A DNA stretch of 24,890 nt from Tolypothrix carrinoi HA7290-LM1 (GTDB lineage Bacteria; Cyanobacteriota; Cyanobacteriia; Cyanobacteriales; Nostocaceae), in assembly GCA_019358935.1 (NCBI GenBank), contig JAHHIK010000120.1:1-24890 (forward strand). The letters run 5' to 3'. The stretch's first letter is position 1. Each line of letters starts with the position of its first letter. The translations under genes and the position numbers were made by a program. Shown here in pieces: positions 1 to 7,864 of this stretch. Under the pieces are notes generated by a model. The model saw only the letters and a list, made by a program, of their open reading frames with translations, had not been told where the DNA came from and made no database searches.

Positions 1-47
1 GCGGCTGGCTCCTTACTGCTGTGGAAACCCGTCCACCGCAGTGGCTC
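1..47 (-). repeat. partial ~45-nt structured dispersed repeat(s), apparently nested
   Basis: Reverse complement reads GAGCCACTGCGGTGGACGGGTTTCCACAGCAGTAAG followed by GAGCCAGCCGC; these are the same starts as copies at 14927 and 15107. Confidence 0.6.
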
Positions 48-444
48 CCCCACACCCTTGTTGTTGACGCTCTAATTGCGCCCCAACAAAATCAGCGTGT
101 TGAGGCGCAACCTTCCTTTGATGAGTCCCCGTACAAAAGTGTTGGGGCGCAAGTTATTAGTGATACTAAAAAAAGTGCGCCCCAACACGATACGAAACGC
201 GTGCGACCGCCATACTGAGGAAAGACCTACTCATTGGGTAGAAAAGTATTGGGTTGAAAGAGTTGGTAACAAGTATTGGTACTATCGTTACTGCTGGATG
301 GAGGGAAGGAAGAAAAACCGAATTTACATTGGGGCAGTGCGATCGCCAAAAGCCAATTTGAAAAAGCAGGCAGTAGAAGAAGCAATTCTTGACGGGCAAT
401 CTTTTCAGGAGATAAAGCAGCTAATCCGAGCGTTTAATAATTAG
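21..444 (+). pseudogene. 3' part of a cyanobacterial phage/plasmid-type hypothetical gene, frameshifted
   Basis: The frame of 21..218 (…SVGAQVISDTKKSAPQHD) joins the frame of 76..444 (THWVEKYWVERVGNKYWYYRYCWMEGRK…) if 37 bp bounded by a TAC duplication (191-193/228-230) are removed; the 5' end lies outside the window. Confidence 0.5.
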
Positions 445-486
445 GAGTTGGGAGTTGGGAGTTGGGAGTTGGGAGTTGGGAGTTGG
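445..486 (+). repeat. STRR heptamer array (GGAGTTG)x6
   Basis: Direct reading; followed by a pyrimidine-rich tract (~496-540). Confidence 0.9.
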
Positions 487-661
487 CAGACGTGTTTTCC
501 CTTTTCCCTTTTCCCTTTTCCCCCCCTGTCCCCTCCCCCTATCAATAAAATTACTTTTGTACAATTGTGCCAAAGCACTAAAGCTATAAAAAAAGGCTCC
601 AGCCCGTGTGCAAAGCTTTCGCCTTCATAAGTTATCACAATTTTCGACTACTACTATAGCC

Positions 662-823
662 TCACCCCTCGACCCGAATCGAAGGTTGATACAGTTGGTC
701 AACTTCCTCCCAAGCCGCATCCGTCAGATTTTGCAGCATTGCCGCAATTTTCATCGGTTCATCGAATTCACCCTGTTGTAGAGCGAAGTAAAAGTCCTCT
801 ATGCTTAAAAACAATTTATTCAT
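662..823 (-). CDS. 53-aa acidic hypothetical protein, translationally coupled to the integrase
   Basis: MNKLFLSIEDFYFALQQGEFDEPMKIAAMLQNLTDAAWEEVDQLYQPSIRVEG*; its ATG overlaps the reconstructed integrase stop (ATGA); shorter than any ORF in the track. Confidence 0.65.
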   Translation of the reverse strand: MNKLFLSIEDFYFALQQGEFDEPMKIAAMLQNLTDAAWEEVDQLYQPSIRVEG

Positions 824-1596
824 AAAGCGGCGATCGCTCCCTTAACTCGGTCACCTTTATAGGCAGAGGGGAAGGGGGCTCAAAGCAGCTCTTGAGCAAG
901 CCCAACCCCAACGAAGTGGAGCGAAGCGGAACATGGGTATGAAGCCCCGTCCTTCTTTGTCCGCTTGGCTGGGGCGGAGTACCACGGGACGTCGAGCGCC
1001 TCTCCCCCCCCCCCTGCTCCCTGCTCCCTGCTCCCCTGCCTCTTTTGACTATCAATTTCTACGTAACGCTCCAAAGCCTTAAAATCCTTGTGCCCGGTAA
1101 TTTTTTTGATGGTGTAAAGGTCAGTCCCGTTGCGGTGCAGCTTAGTGATAAAACTCCTTAGGGTGCTGTGAGTGCTGATGCCCTTAGCGGCAAGACCGGC
1201 TTTCTCGACGGCAGATCGGAGAATCATGTCAGCCCACCTGAGGGATATTGGTTTGTCGCCAGTGCGATCGGCAAACATCCTTTCTTGAATTTGACTCTGG
1301 CTTGTAGTTAGAGAGCGATTCTCTTAAAACCGCATGGACAAATACTTGACGGGTTTGACGTTTCCCGTCCGGGCTAGCTTTACGAGTCCGAGCGCGAAAA
1401 TTGATATAATCTCTAGGACTCTTATCCGGGTTGTAACAATCTTCAACCCGCAACTGTACCAGCGCCCCCCATCTTTCGCCGGTTCCTGTGCTAAATCTAA
1501 AAGCAGCTTATATTTTTTAGATTTAATTTGTTTACGGATTTTAGAGTAGTCAGAATCGGACAGGGTGGAAGCCTGTCCTTCTCGATCAATTTTCAT
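820..1596 (-). pseudogene. tyrosine recombinase/phage integrase, two frameshifts plus a 193-bp insertion
   Basis: Three frames give MKIDREGQA…LLLDLA / TGERWGALVQLRVEDCY… / …ISTHSTLRSF…ITGHKDFKALERYVEIDS, and the true C-terminus DRVKGAIAAL* lies at 820-852; catalytic R, H and Y motifs are recognisable, but HxxR reads HSTL. Confidence 0.9.
855..1047. mobile_element. 193-bp MITE-like composite insertion in the integrase 3' end
   Basis: Flanked by a 2-bp AC duplication (853-854, 1048-1049); near-terminal AGGCAG…CTGCCT inverted ends; contains CCCTGCT heptamer repeats; removal restores EIDSDRVKGAIAAL*. Confidence 0.7.
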
Positions 1597-1615
1597 ATTT
1601 TTATTTTTTTGAGAC

Positions 1616-1650
1616 TTCCGGTTTAACCATTGACAGTGGTTAAACCGGAA
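1616..1650. promoter_or_regulatory. perfect 14-7-14 palindrome upstream of the integrase (operator or recombinase site)
   Basis: TTCCGGTTTAACCA-TTGACAG-TGGTTAAACCGGAA, 20 bp from the integrase ATG; the spacer contains TTGACA. Confidence 0.65.
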
Positions 1651-1860
1651 TATTTTTGTATTTAGCTATTAGCTAAACTAGGGCGTCGGTCAAGTAATAG
1701 TGATTGACAAAAAAGAGATAATGTGGATTAGGAAAAACTAGTAAGAAAAGGATGCGATCGTTAACGCTCGTGCCGGTCAAGTAATTATGGTTGACAAACT
1801 AGATGTAATATGAATAGGGATTTACGAAAATCAATTGGGCATTATTTAGAGGTATAAATT

Positions 1861-3495
1861 ATGCGTCCCCCTTACTGGAATCCTCCCATTGAATTGTCAG
1901 AGGCAGAACAAGCTATCATTTCTCGGATTAAGAGGGCCAAACTATTTATATTTCTACGCCACAATCGTCACGACCTCTTTGATGAGGAGTTTCAAGCAAC
2001 TAAGCGCCACTATGTTCAAGGACAGTACAGTGGGTCAGTGTCCAGTTCCTCCAGCGCTGCTAGCACTGGCATTAATTTTACAAGCATATACCGGAGTTTC
2101 AGATGATGAAGTGATTGAGGCATTGGTAATGGATAGACGTTGGCAGCTGGTACTCGACTGTCACGATTGCCAAAAACCTCCATTCAGCAAAGGGACTTTG
2201 GTAAATTTTAGACAAGCGATGATAGACTTTGAAGTTGATCAGAGATTAATTGAGCGCACGGTAGAAATAGCTTTGCAGCAAGGTGGGTTTGGTTCAAGTA
2301 ACTTGAGGGCGGCACTCGACTCCTCGCCTTTATGGGGGGCGGCGAAAGTAGAAGATACATATAATCTCTTAGGTCATGCGCTGCGTAAAGCTGTAAGGTT
2401 AATGGCGCAGGCTTCGGAACAGTCAAGGGAGCAAGTAGCAATCATAAACACAACTAGATGCTCTAGTCACAGGCACTTCCCTCAAAGCCGCGTTAGATTT
2501 GAACTGGGATGATCCAACTGAGCGTTCAATAGCGTTAGAAAGCATTCTCAACGCTTTAGATCGGCTTGAGTCGGAGTTACAAAAAAAAACTGAAGATTCG
2601 GCGCTAACTGACGCTCAAGAAGTACTGGAAGTGGCGCGACAAATTCAATCCCAAAATGTAACTATTGATGAAATTGGGCAACCAATACTGAGTAAAGGTG
2701 TAGCTAAAGACCGCCGTATTTCCATTGAAGACCCAGATATGCGTCATGGGCGTAGCGCGGTACTAACGTTTTGATGGCTATAAGCGTCATGTACTTAGAG
2801 ATCTGGAGATTGGGGTAGTGCGCTCCGTTGGTTTGACAAGTGAAGACCGTTCCAGAGGCTCAAGTTACTGAGGCGATGGATGCAGATTTGAAAGCTCAGA
2901 ATGTGTTGCTGGTAGAGTTGCATATTGACCGCGCCTACCTGACGAGTCATTGGGTGCAACAACGTTCCCAGGACTTAACTATTTTCTGTAAAGCTTGGAC
3001 TGTACGTAATGGCGATCGCTTTATCAAGACAGACTTTGTATTGGACTGGGAGCAAGGTCTAATTCGTTGTCCTAATCATGTCAGTATCCCCTTTGAACCC
3101 GGAAAAACGGTTCACTTTCCCACGTCTTTTGTGTAGTGTGTGTCCTTTACGCGAACGTTGTACTACTTCTGTTAGAGGTCGCAATGTCTCAATTCATGAG
3201 GCAGTGCGTTGCGCGGGTTCCCCGCGTTGTAGCAACTGCCGTCCCGATGAAGCTTTTATGCAGGAATTACGTCAGCGCCAGGACACTGAATCCGGAAGAG
3301 CTAAACTCCGAGAACGTTCGCGCCTTAGTGCATACCTTGGCTCATGTAGGTCAATGGCAAGGCGACCGTGCCCGTTATACTGGCTTGCGTAAGAACTTAT
3401 TTGACTTACGGCGTGTAGCCGTTGTGCATAATCTCCACGTAATTGCACGGTTGTCATCTGGCGCTTCAAACCAACACGCCTTTTCAACCCCCTAG
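1861..3495 (+). pseudogene. IS1182-family DDE transposase, multiply frameshifted
   Basis: Fragments across several frames: DUF772-like LQAYTGVSDDEVIEALVMDRRWQ, ALDSSPLWGA, LHIDRAYL, Cys-rich CPNH…CSVCPLRERCT, and C-terminal HTLAHVGQWQGDRARY…HNLHV. Confidence 0.85.
3198..3242 (+). repeat. 45-nt structured dispersed repeat inserted in-frame in the transposase
   Basis: GAGGCAGTGCGTTGCGCGGGTTCCCCGCGTTGTAGCAACTGCCGT adds EAVRCAGSPRCSNCR between SIH and PDEAF; no target duplication. Confidence 0.8.
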
Positions 3496-3626
3496 TTAAC
3501 GATCGCATCCTTTTTTTCCTGGTTTTTCTCACTTCACATTATTTCTTTTTTGTCAATCACTATTACTTGACCGACGCCCTAGGCTCTAATGTAATCCCAG
3601 CAACAATCACAACGCCTCAGTAATTG

Positions 3627-3655
3627 TTCTGGATTTACATAAAACCGGAATATTT
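3627..3655. promoter_or_regulatory. second operator-like imperfect palindrome
   Basis: TTCTGGATTTA-CA-TAAAACCGGAA; AAACCGGAATATTT is identical at 1642-1655 and 3642-3655. Confidence 0.5.
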
Positions 3656-3714
3656 ACACTCTTAAAGACACCGATTAGAACGGATTAGTTACTTTAACTA
3701 CTCCATCTAAATTT

Positions 3715-4044
3715 ATGGCTGAATTAACCCTTCAACAAATTTTCGGTGCTAACGCCACGCAGACAGCCACAGAACTAGTTATTAAAAAGTCAGACTTACA
3801 AACAGTCGGCTTAACCGTTGCGGCTGACAATAGAGGAGAGCAACTGTTTGTAGCAATATTTGCCAAAGCTAAACAGGTTTTAAACAAAACCGCACAAGAA
3901 ACCAACCCAGATTTGCAAATTACAATCGAAACTGGTTATACAGCCATTGTCTTTCGCAACGATCAAGAGTACAAGCAAGTTAACTTTACCGTTGGATTAG
4001 AGAAGCTAGAAACCGCTTCTGGCATCGATCCGGATGACTATTAA
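3715..4044 (+). CDS. hypothetical prophage-like protein (109 aa), putative virion protein
   Basis: Clean ORF, first gene of a tightly packed co-oriented block; paralogous to the next gene. Confidence 0.75.
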   Translation: MAELTLQQIFGANATQTATELVIKKSDLQTVGLTVAADNRGEQLFVAIFAKAKQVLNKTAQETNPDLQITIETGYTAIVFRNDQEYKQVNFTVGLEKLETASGIDPDDY

Positions 4045-4411
4045 TTTAACGCTTGCACAGTGCTTTGGTAAAGGTGCAAGTCAAAATAGTGAAACTTTAA
4101 CAATACGTAAATCTGACTTGCCTGGATTAACTCCTGATGCTGAAAACCGGGCATAACAATTACTAGCAGCTTTATTTCTTAAGTTATTGGAAGAATTTTC
4201 AGGAAGCCTTAATGACCCTCAAGGAGAAAAAATTACCGACTCTCAAGGGCAAATAGTTACTTATGACAATTCGTCATTGTACGAAAGATTAAAATTGTTT
4301 TCTTGGCGAATTAATTTCATAACTCGCAATTCTTCTGTATACCGTCAACAAACAATAATCTGTCAGTTTTTTTTATTGAGAAACACAGAGTTCAATCCTG
4401 ATAACTTTTAA
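4034..4411 (+). pseudogene. paralog of the 3715..4044 gene with a premature TAA at 4154-4156
   Basis: MTINLTLAQCFGKGASQNSETLTIRKSDLPGLTPDAENRA*QLLAALFLK…FNPDNF aligns with MAELTLQQIFGANATQTATELVIKKSDLQTVGLTVAADNRGEQLFVAIFAK…IDPDDY; the stop sits where the paralog has Glu (GAA>TAA). Confidence 0.8.
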
Positions 4412-4418
4412 ATGTGCT

Positions 4419-5999
4419 ATGAAAATTTCCGGCTTTCCAGCAATTGCAACCGCAAATAATAATGATAAATTTCTGCTTGAGTCAGCCTCAAGCGGCGCAT
4501 TTCAACACATAACGAAAGCCAATTTCTTGTCTGGATTATCAACTGGTAGTTCTGGCGTTAGCTGGGAGAGACGCACAACTGACTTTGGCGTCACTAATGA
4601 CAATAAAGTTTTTCTTGATAATTCATCTGCTCTAACTATTACTTTCCCTGCTACTCCGACAAGTGGAATTGAAATTGAATTAGCTAGAAAAACAAATGTT
4701 AGTAAGGTAGTGTTGACTGGAATTGACAAACTAAACGGTGTTAGTATTGTTACCAACGACGAAATTCGTTTACTTTATTCTGCTAATTCAACTAAATTTA
4801 TTTATCTTGGTTCTGTTGACGGCTGGTATTCAATTCCTCAATCGGGAGTAAGAATTAAAAAACCATTATCTTTACCCACATCAACTTTAGCCCAGAAGTT
4901 TTACGCCCTTGATATTACCGGGCTTGCTAACAACGCAAGTATCGCACAGTGGAACGATACCAGCGGCAACAGTCGGCACGCAATTCAAGGAACAACTAAT
5001 CTTAAACCGATTTACAAAACTGGCATTTTTGACCCAGATTTACCCGCTGTAACTTTCGACGGGTCTAAATATTTAACTTTCGCTTCTACTTACTTATCCG
5101 GGGTTAAATACACAGTTGCTATTGTTGAAGCGCGGGCAAATAACGCTGCTACTAATTATTTATTTGGACAAGATAACGCGAGTGATAATCAAGCCTTGCA
5201 CGTTGGTTACAGGACTGATGGCAGTTTTACTCTTGCTCAATACAGCAATGATTTGGATGTTTCTATTGCTGGATATTCCGGCTTTAGTCCAAATATTTGG
5301 GTTGTTTCAAATAATTCTAGAGGCAAGGAAATTTGGCGAAACGGAAGTTTGATTGCTAGTTCCACAGATACAAATAATCTTACTTCTGGAACAAATGGTC
5401 GGATAGGTCGAGCGCTAAATAGTAACTTTAATGGGCATATTGGGCTATTAGCAACTTGGACGGGGGATAAATCCACTTCTGAAACAATTATTGGCGAGTA
5501 CGAGGAACTATTTAAGGCAAACTCAGAACTGTGTTTAGCCAAAAATAAAGAAATAGAAGCTTATATTTCCGTTCCGGATTATTGGCAAACTCGAAGTTTC
5601 CAAAAACCCCAATTATTAATTCAATTTGCTGAAAACTTAGGTGATGGTAAAATCGGACGCGGTAGGTGGTCGTTAGTAATTCCCCATTATCGATACGGTA
5701 AAAATCACAAACCAAATTTTCCTGACTTTGAAAAAGGTGATGTTAGAGGCATTCAAGTGTTAAACGATAACTCGCAAATTATTGTTTGGTGCAAGAGTGA
5801 AGCTGAATGCATAAGGGTTATAAACGCTTTTAAACAATATGTAGATCCCGACTACTTAAAAGGTATTTTACCAATTGAAACAGCTAAATATAACAGAAAA
5901 CTTAGAAATGTTTCAGTAACTCCTACTTTGTGTCAATTCTTTCCATTAGGGCAGAAAGATACGGTTCCAGAATGGAGTAGAAAGCTAAGAGACAAATGA
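4419..5999 (+). CDS. putative fibre/receptor-binding protein with LamG/ConA-like beta domain; probable deletion fusion to an unrelated C-terminus
   Basis: Ser/Thr/Asn/Gly-rich; IAQWNDTSGNSRHAIQ…PAVTFDG…IWRNG…IGRALNSNFNGHIG pattern; abrupt switch to charged/aromatic composition at about nt 5484. Confidence 0.6.
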   Translation: MKISGFPAIATANNNDKFLLESASSGAFQHITKANFLSGLSTGSSGVSWERRTTDFGVTNDNKVFLDNSSALTITFPATPTSGIEIELARKTNVSKVVLTGIDKLNGVSIVTNDEIRLLYSANSTKFIYLGSVDGWYSIPQSGVRIKKPLSLPTSTLAQKFYALDITGLANNASIAQWNDTSGNSRHAIQGTTNLKPIYKTGIFDPDLPAVTFDGSKYLTFASTYLSGVKYTVAIVEARANNAATNYLFGQDNASDNQALHVGYRTDGSFTLAQYSNDLDVSIAGYSGFSPNIWVVSNNSRGKEIWRNGSLIASSTDTNNLTSGTNGRIGRALNSNFNGHIGLLATWTGDKSTSETIIGEYEELFKANSELCLAKNKEIEAYISVPDYWQTRSFQKPQLLIQFAENLGDGKIGRGRWSLVIPHYRYGKNHKPNFPDFEKGDVRGIQVLNDNSQIIVWCKSEAECIRVINAFKQYVDPDYLKGILPIETAKYNRKLRNVSVTPTLCQFFPLGQKDTVPEWSRKLRDK

Positions 6000-6508
6000 G
6001 GGTTTTAGAACTTGATACAATCTTTGTTGTTAACGGACGGTTAGCTATCAAATTAAGTACTTTTGCTAAGTTACTACATTATTCCGATGTTTATTTATTA
6101 AAACTTATTAAAAAATTACTTAAACAGAAAATTAGAATAGGTTTTAAATACAAAAGAAATTGGTATATTTTTCTTCCTAAAAAACCAATTAGTTTGATTA
6201 TTGGAGAGAAAAATAAAAATCCTGCTGATAATCTTGCTACCACTTCATCTGGGGAAGATATCAACGTTGATTGGGCGGCAGCTGTTGAAGAATTTCCACC
6301 TGCTGTAAGTGATGCATTAGGTAATGCAAATTTTAATACCGTTATAGTCAACAACAAACTTGTGATGCCCACATCAACAACAACAAGTTTGGTTTCTTCG
6401 ACCCTAGTACCAAAGAATCAAACTTCGTTCATTCCTCTTAATTTGGGGACTTTTCCGGCTACAACGGATTACAAATACGGATATTACATTTTTTACCGAG
6501 AGGACAGA
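5996..6508 (+). CDS. hypothetical, basic N-terminus (possible DNA-binding); probably chimeric and read through into the 6509 gene
   Basis: ATGA overlap with the previous gene; Lys-rich first ~64 aa, then Ser/Thr-rich sequence; no stop before the internal start at 6509. Confidence 0.45.
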
Positions 6509-7018
6509 ATGAGTACGTTTGATCCCGGAACTAGCGGAACCCTTAAATCAACTCAAATTCCAGCGGCTTTTTTTGAAGTATGCCGCGCACTAGACGCAGC
6601 AGAAAATTTAAGAAATGGTGCTAACCCAGGTCTACCCCCACGCCGAAACCTTTCGACCACCGTTAGCTTTGACACAGGCACTATTGCTGTAGCTGCCACT
6701 ATTCCGGTTACTACTAGCATTCAAGCAAATGGTTCAATTGATATAGCTGCTAGCGATTATCTAGGAGCTACTTATTCGGTTTTTGCAAATGGCGGCGGCG
6801 ATCTTAACTCAGATACTCTCCCAGAAGCATTATTAGAACTGGCTAGTATTTTGGCTGCTGCTGAAAAAGCTGTAACCCCAGCTGAGAATCAACCAAACAA
6901 TGTTCAAATCCAATTTGACTTAGAAACTGGAAACGCTACAATAAGTGCCAACTTGCCTTTTAATACCGCGGCGGCTGCTAATGGCGATGTAACGATTCAC
7001 GCAATTGATTATCTCTAA
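6509..7018 (+). CDS. 169-aa tandem-duplicated-domain protein, putative virion structural protein
   Basis: Shine-Dalgarno GAGAGGA 4 nt before ATG 6509; two ~85-aa repeats, both ending in DYL. Confidence 0.65.
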   Translation: MSTFDPGTSGTLKSTQIPAAFFEVCRALDAAENLRNGANPGLPPRRNLSTTVSFDTGTIAVAATIPVTTSIQANGSIDIAASDYLGATYSVFANGGGDLNSDTLPEALLELASILAAAEKAVTPAENQPNNVQIQFDLETGNATISANLPFNTAAAANGDVTIHAIDYL

Positions 7019-7050
7019 CTTTTAGCAATTCACGGAGATAATTAAATACT

Positions 7051-7566
7051 ATGGCGACTCAAAGTAAAAAACGAGGTCCGCGTGCCACGGTTCTTTTTAA
7101 ATCAGGGACTGGGCAAGGTGCGGGAGCAAAATCGCAATATGTCTATATGCTTAAATCTGTGGCTGAAAAGCTGGGATTTAAAACTGTACCTGATGCAACA
7201 GTACCCCGCAAAGCAGGTAAAGGTGGCAAAGCGGGAACAGTTTCTGTTCGTGGTTCAGTTGGTGCAAAGCATATTAAAGTTCCCTTGGGTGGCAGTCGAA
7301 CAACTGCAAACGCAACTACAAAAAATGGCAATGCAGGAACGACAACACGTTACGTATCTGTACCAGTTCCTTCCGGCGCTAATATTAGCGACATTAAAAA
7401 GTTTTTAGGAACTGCTCAGAAAAATCCAACAATCGGATTGCTGCAAATGAACGAACGCTTCGGTATGCATATGGCTGCTTATGCCGAGCGCTTTGAGCAA
7501 ATTGATTATTTAATACACGCCCTTCAAGAGGAAATTGACCACAAGGCGGCAGCGGCTTTTGGGTGA
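7051..7566 (+). CDS. Lys/Gly/Thr-rich basic protein, probably fused at ~7432 to a coiled-coil remnant
   Basis: GGAG RBS upstream; highly basic N-terminal ~127 aa, then helical acidic tail LLQMNERF…ALQEEIDHK. Confidence 0.6.
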   Translation: MATQSKKRGPRATVLFKSGTGQGAGAKSQYVYMLKSVAEKLGFKTVPDATVPRKAGKGGKAGTVSVRGSVGAKHIKVPLGGSRTTANATTKNGNAGTTTRYVSVPVPSGANISDIKKFLGTAQKNPTIGLLQMNERFGMHMAAYAERFEQIDYLIHALQEEIDHKAAAAFG

Positions 7567-7622
7567 AATTAAAGAACTCAAAGGAGAGCTAAAGTCAAAG
7601 CAAAAATCGGATGAGGGTTAAG

Positions 7623-7804
7623 ATGCTATCAAAATTAACTGTTAGATCCGTAAGGAGTAATTATCCTGGTGATTGGGGCTTTTGTGTTGGCGATCGCCGA
7701 CCATAACTTCCGCCCAACTTTTGGAGATTTGGCGCTCAGTCGGTGTCGGTGGGTATTTAGGTCAACTACTGCCTGAGGCGAACAAGCGTCTTGGGGATTC
7801 ATAA
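7623..7804 (+). pseudogene. small membrane protein remnant (holin-like), frameshifted
   Basis: Pieces MLSKLTV / IILVIGAFVLAIADHNFRPTFGDLA / GVGGYLGQLLPEANKRLGDS* in different frames. Confidence 0.45.
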
Positions 7805-7864
7805 GTCCGTATTATAGTTAAGGCAGCCGCTTTCAAGCGATCGCCTTATCATTCATGTGGGGAT

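Larger units (their letters stand above)
1682..3578 (+). mobile_element. IS1182-family insertion sequence
   Basis: Ends GGCGTCGGTCAAGTAATAGTGATTGACAAAAAAG and its reverse complement; CTAG on both sides (1678-1681, 3579-3582); imperfect inverted similarity extends ~85 bp. Confidence 0.9.
662..7864. mobile_element. degenerate prophage/virus-like integrated element (left boundary uncertain, may extend beyond the window)
   Basis: Integrase, operator-like palindromes, divergent block of virion-like genes, no HIP1 seen between ~3600 and 7689, AT-richer sequence, truncated host gene at the right edge. Confidence 0.65.

Noticed and set aside
816..1055. 79-aa ORF and the long C-terminal tail of ORF 880..1278
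   Set aside because: Read-through of the 193-bp insertion; the real integrase end is at 820-852
1861..3495. Programmed frameshifting in the transposase
   Set aside because: Too many frame breaks plus an insertion; decay (or assembly error) is more parsimonious
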